Source: the human T2T-CHM13v2.0 reference genome, Homo sapiens
Reading direction: 5' to 3' (one strand)
NCBI RefSeq assembly: GCF_009914755.1
Contig: NC_060942.1
DNA: 64,000 nt
Numbering within the stretch: position 1 is the stretch's first letter; every line of letters starts with the position of its first letter. Below the pieces are notes generated by a model, which worked only from the letters and a program-made list of their open reading frames with translations, was not told the origin of the DNA and did not search any database. Below are positions 1 through 13,698 of the stretch, in pieces. Both the position numbers and the translations under genes were made by a program.

Positions 1-518
1 TTGTTCCATTGCTGGCGAGGAGCTGCGTTCCTTTGGAGGAGAAGAGGTGCTCTGATTTTTAGAATTTTCAGCTTTTCTGCTCTGGTTTCTACCCATCTTT
101 GTGATTTTATCTACCTTTGGTCTTTGATGGTGGTGACGTACAGATGGGATTTTGGTGTGGATGTCCTTTCTGTTTGTTAGTTTTCCTTCTAACAGTCAGG
201 ACCCTCAGCTGCAGGTCCGTTGGAGTTTACTGGAGGTCCACTCCAGACCCTGTTTGCCTGGGTATCACCAGCGGAGGCAGCAGAACAGTAAATTTTGCAG
301 AACAGCAGATGTTGCCTGATCATTCCTCTGGAAGCTTCATCTCATAGGTGCACCCGGCTGTATGAGGTGTCAGTCAGCCCCTGCTGGGAGGTGTCTCCCA
401 GTTAGGCTACTCAGGGGTCAGGGACCCACTTGAGGAGGCAGTCTGTCCGTTCTCAGATCTCAAACTCCAAGCAGGGAGAACCACTACTCTCTTCAAAGCT
501 GTCAGATCAGGACATTTT
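1..518 (-). mobile_element. L1PA5/L1PA6-type LINE-1: partial 5' UTR plus ORF1 start, running off the left window edge
   Basis: The reverse complement matches the L1PA 5' UTR. ORF1 starts at 96 on the minus strand (MGRNQSRKAENSKNQS). Homology stops at about 518, so the element is truncated inside the 5' UTR. Confidence 0.9.
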
Positions 519-1459
519 TTTGCTGATGCGTAACTTCTAAAACTCCCCAAGTTAGGCAGTGCAGCTGAGCCAGGATCTGACATTCATGCTCTGTTCTCAG
601 GCAAGCTTACAAAGCTACATTTTTACCAGTGAGAGCCACAAATATGTGGTCTATTCCACAAATGTTCTTTGCCCAGTCTGAAGGAAAAGACTAGTATGAA
701 GATGATAGTTCCTCCCAGGGTTGATGATCAAAGAACCAGATTCTGTCTACACTGGATCTGGTTGCACTGGCTGACTTGAACTCATCTTGTTCAAGAACAG
801 AGTGAGGCCCAGTTAATGCTGCTGGGAGAAACTGAGTAGTTTGTCTCCAGGTCAAGATGTACAGGAGGTGGTCATTGAGGAAAACAAGTGCCCAACTCAT
901 CCAAAAGCTGACCATTGAGAAGACCAAACACCTAAACTGCTTCTGTGGAATTTGAGGATTTGGCCAGGCTATTTCCAATGCAGTGAAAAATTTCCATTTG
1001 ATTCTGAATAACTGCTTGTAAAACACAAATAAATGCAGCACAGTTTTATAAGTTTTCTTCAATTCTGGCAATAAAGTAAGTGAATTCATTGGAGCAATCC
1101 CTATGCTAACCTGCTAACCAGCTGACAAACCAGATCAATAGGATACTGTCTACTCCTCTGACAGCTACATTTGTGTCTTACCACCTCTAATTGGTATTTG
1201 ATTTTAAATCTATTTCCAAAAAAAGTTTTTTAGAAGTTTAAGAAATTTACTATTAATATTAATTTGAAATAATAAATTATAAAATTATAATAATGTGGTA
1301 TAAACATTTAAAAATGCAATTGAACACATTATAAAGTTGAGAAATAGATCCATATACATACGGAAATTTAGTATAGGCTAAGGTTAGCATTTCAATCAGT
1401 AGAAGAAAAATAGTTTATTCAACAAATGGTTAGGGGACAATTATCAAGAAAACAATTTG

Positions 1460-1700
1460 CAGCCCGGGCAACATAGGGAGACCCCATCTCTACAAAAAAA
1501 ATTTTTTTTAATTAGCCAGGCATGGTGGCACATGCCTATAGTTCCAGCTACTCAGGAGGCAGAGATGGGAGGATTGCTCGAGCCCAGGAGCTCAATGCTA
1601 CAGTCAACTATGATAACACCACTGTATTCCAGCCTGTGCAACAGAGCAAGACCCTGTCTCAAAAAAAAAAAAAAAAAAAGAAAGAAAGAAAAAAAGAAAA
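1460..1700 (+). mobile_element. AluJ, 5'-truncated
   Basis: Alu body with J-type ggaggattgctcgagcccaggag and an A tail. Confidence 0.9.
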
Positions 1701-1840
1701 CGATTTGAATCTATAATCACACTTTTATGTTGGAAAAAAATTGAATCATTCAGGTACTAGAGGAAATCATGGGGTAATTTGTTTTTATAATAATCTTAGA
1801 AAAGGAAGTGCTTTCTATGTATGAAACAAAATCCAGAATC

Positions 1841-2660
1841 TGTATCCTGAGTAATAAAGAATTATTGGGCTTTGTCCCTGGTTCCTGGTTCCTGTGAGTT
1901 AATCTCTAACTTCTTGGAATTTCCTGGGTGATAGGAATGTCTTTGTTATTCATGGTATGCCCTCATAGTTTATTCTAATAAGGTGACTCATAGGAGGCTC
2001 TTCGACAGTTTCTAAGAGATGACTCGAGACAGAGGCTGGCCACTGACAGAGAGACCAATTATGTCATTAGAGGGTTGGAATTTGAGCCAAGTGATATCAG
2101 CCTGATCTCCAGGGAGGGAAGAGGGGTGACTGGAGACTGAGTTCAGAGGGTGACTAGTGTTTCAATCAATCATGCACACATAATGAAACCCAAAAAAACT
2201 CTGAACTTGAAGCTCAAGTGTGTATCCTAGTTGACAGTACTCTGCATATTGTACACACCGATGTGCTCGGAGGATGATGCATCCCATCTCTGCAGGGAGA
2301 GGACACCAGAAACTTCCCATCTAGGACCCTCCCAGACCTCTACCTATCTGTCTCTTCTTTTGATTGGTTCTTATTCGTAATCTTTTTGTGATAATAAAAC
2401 TGTAATTTTTTAAATCATATAGCTCTTCCCTGAATTCTGTTAGTCATTCTAGTGAATTAGCAAACTTGAGAGGATCGTGGGAACCCCGAACTTGTAACCA
2501 GTTGGTCAGGAGTGAAGGTGGCCTGGGGACCCCTGAACTTGCAGCTGATGCCTGAAGTGAGCCTCATTTCAGACATCAGCTGCAAGCAAGTTCAGGGGTC
2601 CCGAGGTCCCCAGGAAGTTTATCCTCACTCTGGGTGCTTATTGTCAGAGGCCATTGCACT
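1841..2660 (+). mobile_element. MER21 (MER21C-like) ERVL solo LTR
   Basis: ctttgtccctggttcctgg...ttggaatttcctgggtgatagga and gtgggaaccccgaacttgtaaccagttggtcag match the recalled MER21 consensus. Confidence 0.75.
2522..2614. repeat. Inverted repeat (fold-back) inside MER21
   Basis: Left arm cctggggacccctgaacttgcagctgatgcctgaagtgag (2522-2561) is the reverse complement of 2563-2614, apart from two substitutions and two small insertions in the right arm. Confidence 0.9.
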
Positions 2661-2817
2661 GTTTTAAAAAGGACTGATAAAGTTGATAATATTAAACTCA
2701 AAATTTTCTACACAGCCTCCTCAGAAGTAATGTAAAAAGACCAGTACAAACTGGGGGAAATGTTTGCAACTCATATCACTGAAAATGACTAATTTTTCTA
2801 ACAAATAAAGAAGATCA

Positions 2818-3105
2818 GTACTTTGGGAGGCCAAGGCAGGAGGATCACTTGAGCCGAGGAGTTCAAAACTAACGTGGGCAACATTGTGAGACCTCATCCC
2901 TACAAAGAATTGTTTTAAAATTGGCCAGGCATAATGGCGTGCACCTGTAGTTCTAGCTACTCAGGAGGCTGAGATGGGAGGATTGCTTGAGCCAGGGAGG
3001 TCAAGGCTGCAGTGAGCTATGATCACCTCACTGCACTCCAGCCTGGGTGACAGAGCAAGACCCTGTTTCAAAATAAAAATAAAAGAAAAAGAAAAAAAAA
3101 AAAGA
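2818..3105 (+). mobile_element. AluJ
   Basis: Dimeric Alu with J diagnostics (gaggtcaaggctgcagtgagctatgat) and an A tail. Confidence 0.9.
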
Positions 3106-3405
3106 ACATCTACAATACAAAAAGATGAAAAGCCCAGTGGAAAAAGAAGCTTAATCAAAAAATGAGATATAAATGTCTTTTAAACTTACAAAAAGATGTT
3201 CAACATCACCACAATGAGAAAACTGCAAAATGATACTTCCTGACATGCAAAATTTTTACCAGATTAGTAAAAATCAAAAAGTTCAATAACAAACTGTGTG
3301 TGGAAGATGTAGGAAGTAGGCACTCTCATTCTTTCTGGTGTAAGTATAAGTCTGTATGTCCTCCAGGAAGGGCAATTTGGCAATAACTATCAAAATATTA
3401 CTGCA

Positions 3406-3820
<415 letters not shown>

Positions 3821-4089
3821 TTATTCATATACAAATTATTTATGACAGTATTGTTTCTAGTAGTAAAATATCGGAAATATTCTAAATGTTCATCAGTAGG
3901 AGAATGGTCAAATAGTTATGCTACAACCATGTAATAAAAATAATTCATATATCCATAACAATAAATGAAGAGGGAAGCTTTTATGTACTTCGTGAAAAAT
4001 ATAGTAAGTGAAAAAGAGGGGTCCAGCAAAGTGGGCATTGTATGCTACTAGTTTGTAAAAATTAAAAATTAAAAAAAAATAGCAGAGGC

Positions 4090-4457
4090 ATATTAGTCTG
4101 CTAGGGCTGCCATAACAAATATTACAGACTGGGTGGCTTAAACAACAGAAATTTTCTCTCAACTCTGAAAGCTAGAAATCCAAGATCAGGGTGTCAGCAA
4201 GTTTGGTTTTTCCTGGAGCCCCTTGTCTTGGCTTGCAGACGGCCATCTTCTCTTTGTATCTTCATGTGGTTTTCCCTCTGCATGTGTTTGTCTTCATCTC
4301 CTCCTCTTATAAGGACACCATATTGGCCTAGGGCCCACCCAAATGACTTCACTTTACCTTAAGTATCTCTTTAAAGGCCCTATCTCCAAATGCAGGACAT
4401 ACTGGGGATTACGGCTTCAGCATAAGAATTTGGGGAATACAAATTCAGTCCATAACA
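4090..4457 (-). mobile_element. MLT1 (MLT1B/C-like) MaLR LTR
   Basis: tattagtctgctagggctgccataacaaat...aaattcagtccataaca is the reverse complement of the MLT1 termini. Confidence 0.85.
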
Positions 4458-6010
4458 GGGGGCAATAAGGAAGATAGATATACAGATCTATGTCTATATA
4501 TGCACAAAATATCTCAGATATACACAAGAAACCATTAACATCATTTGACTTCAAGGTGGGGCCCTGTGTGGCTGGAGGAGAGGAGGGAAGGGGGACGTTT
4601 CATTATATGCCTTTTTGAAGTGTCTGAATTTTGGATCATTGTTTATATTTTAAAATATACAAATTTAAAAGTGTTTAAATGAAGAGGTTGGATTGGAGTC
4701 CAGGACTTCAGACCATATATGGCATCTAGTAGGAAGACTCTTTATGTGCTGATGAAATAACAAGTCCTCACACTCTTCCAGGATAATAATTGCCTGCCTG
4801 GCACTTATGTAATGGAGATAAAGCTACTGGAAGCCAATACTATCACAAGATGAATGCTTCCTATTTTAAAAATAAGCACCTGAGCATTTATCTACTTTCA
4901 CAATCCAATTTTCTGTGACAGCAGCATTTTTCCATCATTAACTTCAATGTGTAGGATAATGCATTTGTAGCTGACAACTATTTTACAAATAGTAAAGAAT
5001 GTAGCATAATAATGTATGTTCACTCGGGCTAAGACATGAGTAACTGAACATTTTTATAAGTTAGCTATAGCTGAAATAATATGTCCTTTATTGCCACAAG
5101 AAGGGGGAATAATAGCTGTGCCTTAATAATCTCAGTGTTAAGAATAAATTTCCCAACACCTCTTAGAAAGGTGAAAGAAGTATAGACAACAGGACTAGAA
5201 ATACTACATATTTTGAGGAATAGTAATAATAGCTAGTGGTGCAGTTGTTTTGTGCTATATATTTTCAAAGTGTTTTTCACTTGCTCATTTATTCCAACTA
5301 TTATTTTAAGATAAATTTTAACTCATATTTTATAGATGAAAAAAAATGTGGGGCAGTATAGCAGAAAAATGGTCAGCATTGATTCTGTGTTCATGGAATT
5401 CAAAGACTGCGTGGTATGTGTTATATCTAGAGATATTGCCAATTGAGAGAAATTGGATCATTCTTAAATTGGCTGATGGGTCCTCCTAAGTAGCAAGAAA
5501 ATGTGATTCAGGGTTCAAACCTGAAGTTAAAAAACATGCAAGAGAGGACAAGAACTCCTACACAGTACATGTTTATTTATTTTTTGAGTAATAATTGCAG
5601 TGTATTGAGAGTTTTTATCTCACTTTATCTTTACCATGGGAAATACACAGCAAAATTCTCACTTTTACAAATTCTCAAAGAAGCATGATATTAATAATAC
5701 AATGTATTTAATAATATGAAGACTGTGTTACTTTCTGCCTATGCTATTGAATACTTCAATACATATCTGCAGATGACCCTAAAAACCCACAAAGCCCAAA
5801 ACTGAAGTCTGTGATAGAATTCCAGTGACAGATAGTAACTGAACATGAAAGCGTTCTTCTTTCCACTCCAAAATTAGCAATTCAGCCATCATCTTGTAGA
5901 GCTGAATGGGACAGCCACTCTCCAAGGTTCTGAGGACCTGACAGGGTCCCGGTCTACCCTCCTCATCACAGTATAACGAATGTATTTGCAGACTGAGAAC
6001 ATTCACTCCC

Positions 6011-6389
6011 TGATATGGTTTGGATTTGTCTCCCCACCCAAATCTCATGTTGAAATGTAATCCCCAGTGTTGGAGGAGGGGCCTGGTGGGAGGTGACTGG
6101 ATCATGGAGGTACATTTCCCCCTTGCTGGTCTTGTAATAGCAAGTAAGTTCTCAGAAGATCTGGTTGTTTAAAATTGTATAGCACCTCCCCCCTTTTCTC
6201 TCTTCCTCCTCCAGCCATGTAAGATGCACCTACTTCACCTTTGCCTTCCGCCATGATTGTAAGTTTCCTGAGGCCTCTCCAGCCATGCTTCCTATGCAGC
6301 CTGCAGAACCATGAGCCAATTAAACCTTTCTTTATAAATTATCCAGTTTCAGGTATTTATTTATAGCAGTGCAAGGACAGACTAATACA
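6011..6389 (+). mobile_element. THE1D-like MaLR solo LTR
   Basis: tgatatggtttgg...gactaataca, flanked by 5-bp TSD CTCCC (6006-6010 and 6390-6394). Confidence 0.88.
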
Positions 6390-6583
6390 CTCCCTCACTT
6401 TGGTTCCAAGTTAAAGATCTGTTTGCAATTATACCATCAGGAATTCACTTGAGTTGCCCATGGACTAGACAGAGATGAGGAGACTGTTCAGGGAATACTT
6501 AAACTAATCAAAGCAACTTTACTAAAAGGCTTAGCTGAGATACAAGCTCTGAAATATTTGGTGATGGATTCAAAGAATGAGGA

Positions 6584-6885
<302 letters not shown>

Positions 6886-6911
6886 CTATTTTCAAGTTTA
6901 ATTACATATAG

Positions 6912-7418
6912 CTACCCTACAAAGATGACCTCCAGGGAACCACACTTTCTGATATTCATGCCTTGGAGAGTCCTCTCCCACACTGAATCCCAGCTGGCCT
7001 GTGACTCACATCAACCAAGAGAATGTGGTAGAAATCTTACCATGCCAATTCCAGGCCCAACCTTAAGAGGCTTGGCAGCATCTGCTTCTCATTTCTTGGA
7101 TCACATGCCTTTAGGAGCTTTTAACTACCATGTGAAAAGTCATATGGAGAAGTCCCAAGACTGGAGGGAGAGAGAGTGGGAGAGAAAGAGAGACAGGGAG
7201 GGAGAAGAGGCCCGGTGGAGCTCCAGCTGTTCCCTCCAAGGCTGCATGTGGGTTAATCCTCTTGGACCTCTTCAGCCCAAGCAAGCCCCTGGCCTCACAT
7301 GAAACAGAAGAACCACACAGCTGAGCTCAGTCAGAATCATGAGAGATAATAAGACATTGTTTGCTTTAGACCACTGAGTTGTGAGGTGGTTTGTTACCCA
7401 GAAATAGACAACTGAGAC
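6912..7418 (+). mobile_element. Old MLT1 (F/G/H-like) MaLR LTR
   Basis: Contains ctcccacactgaatc...gcctgtgactcac and the 3' end gtggtttgttacccagaaatagacaactgagaca. Confidence 0.65.
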
Positions 7419-7835
7419 ACAGATCCAGACCAATTTCATCAGAAATGTACTAGGCATGTCTGTCTTGTTGCCCACTAGCATCACAAATTCCGCTTGCCCA
7501 CATTGGAAATAATCATTTCCCCCATGCCCTCTCCACTCCTGTGGTCCTCATAACAATGACTGTACCACCATCCACAGAGTTGCCCAGTGGCCCCCTGGAG
7601 GAAAAGGGAGAAACTCATTAAGTTTAAAGCTGAGATGACTGGGATAATCCATCCCCAGGCCTAGCAATGATGGCTTTCTGGAAAAAAAACTTGTTAAATA
7701 AATGAATGAACAGATGTCATTCCACAAATTGTCCTGTACTCTCATATTTCTATTTCTCATGCTGCCTCCTTTACTCCCAACACTATCCCACTCATAATTA
7801 ATTAGCTTAACTCCTTACCTATAAGACCAAGCTAG

Positions 7836-8140
7836 GGCTGGGTGTGGTGGCTCAAACCTGTAATCCCAGCACTTTGGGAGGCTGAAGTGGAAAGATTGCT
7901 TCAGGCCAGGAGTTTAAGATCAGTCCAGGCAGCACAGCGAAACCCCCATCTCTACACACACACAAAAAAATCTTTTTTTTAATTAGCTGGGCACGGTGGC
8001 ATACACCTTTCTCAGCTACTGGAGAGGCTGAGGTGGGATTATCACTGTGCCAGGAGTTTGAGGTTACAGTGAGTTATGATGGCAACGCTGCACTGCAGCC
8101 TGGGTGACAGAGCGAGAGCCTGTCTCAAGAAAAGAAAAAG
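7836..8140 (+). mobile_element. AluJ
   Basis: Diverged dimeric Alu. Confidence 0.88.
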
Positions 8141-8874
8141 TCAGAGTTAGAAGTTCCCTTTTCCTGGTGTCTCCCTGCTCACCACCCCACGTCTCCTCTG
8201 TGTTCCCAGAACAGCCATGCATACCGAGAGGGCTATGGCATGGTGAATAGCACATACACACAAATGGCACAGCAGCTTCTGCTGCATGCCACGGGATAGC
8301 CGTGTCTTAGATGTGTCTCCTGATGTTTCTATCATCACTCACCACTTTGCTTTACACCACTGAAGAAGCTCAGCCGTGAGGGATTTCACTCAAATAAAAA
8401 GAATGAGCAGGTACTGCCTAGAACAGTCCTTGATCTGTTTTGAACCAGAAAGTCAAGGCTGACTTTCTGGAGCCTGTCGTGAGACAGCAATCAAGTAATT
8501 CAGACTTTGGGATATAAAAAGGGTTTTTTAAACTACTCTTACAGGCTGACTTGAACTAGACAGTTTGGGGTCCAGATAGTCTTACTGACTTTTGGGGGCG
8601 CCTCACAGATTGCTGAGGAGCCTGCCATGGGGCTCATGCATAAGGGTGAGCTGACTAGGAGCAAGGCAGTCCCCACCACTAGGGTCAGATGGAGGTCAGG
8701 GCTGAGGCTGGGAAGACCTGCAGCTCCCCAAGAGCTGAGGTGGGGTAGAGTCAGACAGGTGAGTTATAAAAGCCCCAGACTCTGTGCTGAGAAACCAGAT
8801 CCCAAATTATTATAGATCAGCTTCAGATATATCAGTGCCCAGGGCCTGCACGGCTACCAAAAGAATCACGTGGG

Positions 8875-9200
8875 GGCCAGGTGCGATGACTCACACCTGT
8901 AATCCCAGCACTTTGGTAAGCCAAGGCAGGAAGATTGCTTGAGTCCAGGAGTTCAAGAACAGCCTGAGCAGCATATCAAGACCTTGTCTCTACAAAAAAT
9001 ACTAAGAAATTAGCCAGATGTGGTGGCGTGCACCTATATAGTCCCAGCTACTTAGGAGGCTGAGGCAAGGGAATTGCTTGAGTCCTGAAATTCAAGGCTG
9101 CAGTCAGCAATGATTGCACCACTGCATACCAACCTGGGTGACAGAGCAGACCCTGTCTCAAAACAACAACAAAAACAACAACAACAACACACAAAAAAAA
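8875..9200 (+). mobile_element. AluJ with (CAA)n tail
   Basis: Dimeric Alu with tail aacaacaacaaaaacaacaacaac. Confidence 0.9.
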
Positions 9201-9559
9201 TCAGGTGAGGCCACCCATATAAGAGCAGAGACCACAGACCATCACTTCAGTACCAGGGTCAGTTGGAGCCAAAAGAGAAAAACATGTCAGGAGGAAGTGT
9301 AAGTTCTTCCTTAAACTCAGATGCATCTTTGGAAGGAGGAGAAAGATGGAGGAAAGAGGCTAGGTAGGGAGTTGCATTTCAAATTGACTGTTTTAAACTG
9401 CAAAAGGCTGGAAGAAGTAGAGATACATTTAAAGGACACATTTAAGTTTGTCCCATCAGCAAGAATCTCACCCAGATCCAGATGAGCTCTGACAGAAATA
9501 ATAGAGGTGTGTTGGTGTTGCACATCTAAGTGTGCTGCATAAATTTCAACTCCCACTAC

Positions 9560-9930
9560 AATCATTCAGGCTGGGTGACCTTGATCAGGCCATTAATCCC
9601 CCCAGGTTGCCGCTTCCCCATCCATAAAGTGAGGATATTAGTACCTACATCAGAGCCACGTGGTGAGGACTCAATGACATAAGATCTCCCAAGAACAGTG
9701 CTGGAAGTAGAGTCAGCCCTAAATGTGGCAGGAGTGCCCATTCCGTCTATGATAATTCCACGCAATTTGTATCACTGACTGTCTTCACTATCTTGCGGTC
9801 TAGGCATCGCGTTCACTAGATTGTGAGCAACTCAAAGACAGACTATTGTTTTGGTTTTGTGTCTTTGGCGCTGAGCATAGGGTTCGGCGTGTGGTAGGTG
9901 CTCATATATGTTTGTTGAATCAATTTCTCT
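9560..9930 (+). mobile_element. MIR fragment followed by an L2 3' end
   Basis: MIR core (gggtgaccttg...catccataaagtgagga) and L2 terminus (gtaggtgctcatatatgtttgttgaat). Confidence 0.55.
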
Positions 9931-10548
9931 TGACAGGTAAAGATGAGACAGGCTCAAGGCTGGGAGGCCTCCAGAAGGAAGGCTGGCAGCATAGAGAACA
10001 AGACTCTCAGAAACTTGAATTGGCCCTGCCACCGGGGGAGCCCTCTCCCTCCCCAGGAGGACCCATCCATCATGCAGGAGTTGACATGGAGCCCTGGGTT
10101 TGATGCTTTGGGCCTTACTGGTCAAGGCAGGCCTTGGCCACTGCGGTTCACAAAGGCTGTCAGATGCTAATGACATGAAGATGCTGGCCATCTGCCACTG
10201 GAACCTGAACAGCTGCTTGGCAGGGAGAGGCGTGCCATTTCTCCACCAAGAGTCTGAAGAGGAAGCCTCAGGTCTAAGAAATCATGAGCAAAAGCCAGGC
10301 AGGAAGGAGTGATGAGGAATTTGCTTGATTGATGGGAATAACTGATCTACTGCATATTTACTCCACGCCAAGCAGTGTGCCCAGACTTTCTGTGTCACCT
10401 CATCAAATTTCCAAAACTACTCTCCAGAGAAGATTCAGGATTATGAATCCCAATTTACAAGTGAGAAAATGTCAAGTAATTTTCCCAGGGACACAGAGAT
10501 AGCGAGAGATGCAATGGAGACTTGGACCTAGGCAGTCTGACCCCACAC

Positions 10549-10904
10549 TGGGGCAGACCAGAACATGCCACCCCAAAGTATGAAGGATTGCTGAGCTGAA
10601 GGCAGTTAGGAAGAAGCAGTTACAGGAAAGCTTCCTGCTCTCCCTCTATTTGCCTAAAATCAAAACATAGATTTACAAAGACAAAAGGTGTACTGGCCAC
10701 CAACCACTTCTACTGCAGAGAACAAAATTTAACCACTGAAGACAATTTTGGACTCTTATTGGCCTGGAGATGATATATGAAGAATGCTTTACTAACCAAC
10801 CTTTGGCTGCCATTTATTTGTCTTCTTCCAAGCTCCTACCCCTAGAAAATCAAAGTCTTTTTCCTTGCCTGTAACTTCTCTAAAAGTTTACTGTTCTTAT
10901 GTTG
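10549..10904 (+). mobile_element. MER31/MER67-like ERV1 LTR, 5' part (continues at 21689-21899)
   Basis: gaccagaacatgccaccccaaagtatgaaggattgctgagctgaaggc is a MER4-group LTR start. The rest of the LTR (TATA tatataagc, aataaa) appears only after 21707. Confidence 0.7.
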
Positions 10905-12634
10905 GTTAAAGTTAAATGGGTATTACTTAGTTTTTACATAAATTGAACATTGAAATAAAAGCACAACAGGGTTATCATAAAACACTAATCTGCTCTTTCA
11001 CAGAAAATTGTAAAGGGTTATAAAAGGTTTGTGAGAATCTTGCCTTATGGTCAAACTGATTAAAATTAGACAGATTTGTGGAACAGACAAAACAGCATGT
11101 GGAGACTCACACTGTGGACTTTTGCTGCAAGAATCACTGCAGGAACATACTAGGAAAACTGAAAGAATTCACAGATCCTTTGAAATAAATAGCTCACTGC
11201 TGCAAATTCTGAAAGACACATAAAAAACTGTGAGTCCTCAAAGCATGAGAGGGGGAAAACCTGCCTCTGAACACACATCCCCACTGGGGAATCCGAAAAT
11301 CCAGATTACAGGAGAAAGATTTAACCTTACCTAGAGCTGAAGCAGATTTAGTGTGAAACATAAATGTAGAAGCAGTCGCAGGAGGAGCCTTCTAGGCACT
11401 CCCACTCTCCAGCTCTAGCCCAGGGAAGCCATCCCTGACTCTATGTCATAGGGGCCCTTGGGGAAGGCAGCCAGCAGAATCTGAGAGGGGTCACAGGATG
11501 AAAAAAGCTCCCAACTGAACTTTGTAATAATTTTGACCAGGGCAAACTTGCTTGAGCACAATCCGGGGGGTGAATGGGAACCACTACAGAAAGGAGCGCA
11601 GGAACCACAGCTGACAGTATGGGTAGACAGGGAGGAAAGAACCCTGAAAGCAATGCTTGCTTTCTCAGCAGGGAAGCTTATAGCCAGGAGCAAGGTCTGA
11701 GTCCTGCAAGCAGGCTGCCTGGAGATAAACTTGGTGCTGTTAGTGGGGCATAGCAGGAGCAAGACTGACCTTGCCAGCTGTGTAGGAGCTGGGTGAAGCC
11801 TATTGCTACCAGCTTTCCCCCATTCCCTGGAGAGGGAGGCAGCCATAATCCCCCTTGGGAACATAACTCCATTGGCTCAAGAACCACCCCCCATCCACCA
11901 CAGTGGCCATGGCAAGCCCTGCCCAAGGAGAGTCTGAGCTCAGAACCCCCAACCCTGCCCCATCTGATGGTATTTCTCTACCTGCCCCCATAGCCCAATC
12001 ATAAAAAAATAAACTCTTAGGAGATTTATGGCCCCACCCATCACCTGGGAAACCAGAGCACTTCCTGTGGTCAATTCAGGGCAAGCTTATATCCTCTACT
12101 ATTACTGCAGCTGGTGCTCTCTTAAAAGCGCCACCTCCTGACTGGAGGTGAACCAACTCAGGCCATTACAGCAACTCATGACAGAATAACGCTGCTCCAA
12201 GGAAGGAGAAAACAACAGCTAATACTACTGCCTGCAACATCTTGGCTAACCAGGGGTCCTGAGTCTGTCCACATGACAACTTCACTGCTAGCCTACATTC
12301 AAGAAAGCCAGCACACTAAGCATATCTACAACCAAGGACTTTCACAGAGTCTACTTCACTCCCCTGCCACCTCCACCAGAGCAGATGCTGGTATCCATGG
12401 CAGGAAGACCTAAAGAAGGATCACATCACAGGACTCTTTGCAGCACCTCAGCACCAGCCCAGAGCCTGGAGCCCCACTGGGTGGCTAGACACTGAAGAGC
12501 AATAACAATCATTGCAGTCTGGCTCTCAGGAAGCCCCATCCCTAGGGGAAGGTGGTGTGGAATACCCTGTGGACAAACGAATCTGAACAGCAGCCCTTGG
12601 GTTCCAGATTTTTCCACTGAAATAGTCTACACAA

Positions 12635-13698
12635 ATGAGAAGAAATCAGAAAATTCATTCTGGTAATATGACAAAACAAGGTTCTACAACATCCCCTAAA
12701 GACCACACTGGCTCCCCAGCAAGGGATCCAAACCAAGAAGTCTCTGAATTGCCAGATAAAGAATTCAGAAGATTGATCATTAAGCTACTGAAGGAGAGGC
12801 CAGAGAAAGGTGAAAACCAACTTAAGGAAATTTTAAAACATACAGTATAATGGATTAAAAATTCTCCAGAGAAACAGATATCATAAAGAAAAAACAATTA
12901 CAACTTCTGGAAATGAAAGACACACTTAGAGAAATACAAAATGCACTGGAAAGTGTCAATAATAGCCTGGAACAAGTAAAAGAAAGAGCTTCAGAATTCG
13001 AAGACAAGACTTTTGAATTAACCCAATTAGACGAAGACAAAGAAAAAAATTTTTTTAATAAACAAAGCCTCCAAGAAATTTGGGATTATTTTAAGTGGCC
13101 AAACCTAAGAATAATTGGTAATCCTGAGGAAGAAAAGGAATCTAAAAGTTTGGAAAATTTATTTGAGGAAATAATCAAGAAAAACTTCCCTGGTCTCACT
13201 AGAGATCTAGACATCCAAATAGAAGAAGCTCAAAGAACAACTGGGAAATTCATCACAAAAAGATCATCACCTAGGCACATAGTCATTAGGTTATCTAAAG
13301 TCAAGACAAAGAAAACAATCTTAAGAGCTGTGAGACAAAAGCATCAGGTAAACTATAAAGGAAAACTTATCAGATTAACAGCAGATTTCTCAGCAGAAAT
13401 CCTACAAGCCAGAAGGGATGGGGTCCTATCTTTAGCCTCCTCAAACAAAACAATTGCCAGCCAGAATTTTGTATCCAGCAAAACTAAACTTCATAATGGA
13501 AGGAGAGATAAAGTCTTTTTCAGACAAACAAATGCTAAGAGAATTTGCCACTACCAAGCCAGCACTACGAGAAATGCTAAAGGAGTTCTAAATCTTGAAA
13601 CAAAACCTCAAAATAGAACCTCCTTAAAGCATAAATCTCACAGGGCCTGTAAAACAATAACACAATGGAAAAAAAGCAGGTATTCAGGCAACAACTAG
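12635..13698 (+). pseudogene. L1 ORF1p (RNA-binding chaperone), disrupted
   Basis: Translations MRRNQK..., WPNLRIIG..., RSSPRHIVIRLSKV and LIRLTADFSAE, with a stop at 12850 and frameshifts. Confidence 0.88.

Noticed and set aside
691-1089. 132-aa minus-strand ORF in unique-looking DNA
   Set aside because: No recognisable domain in any frame I translated, and no splice or retrocopy hallmarks. BLASTX would be needed.
12913-13698. 261-aa ORF, the longest in the window
   Set aside because: L1PB ORF1 fragment that frameshifts into nonsense at the C-terminus; not a functional ORF1p.
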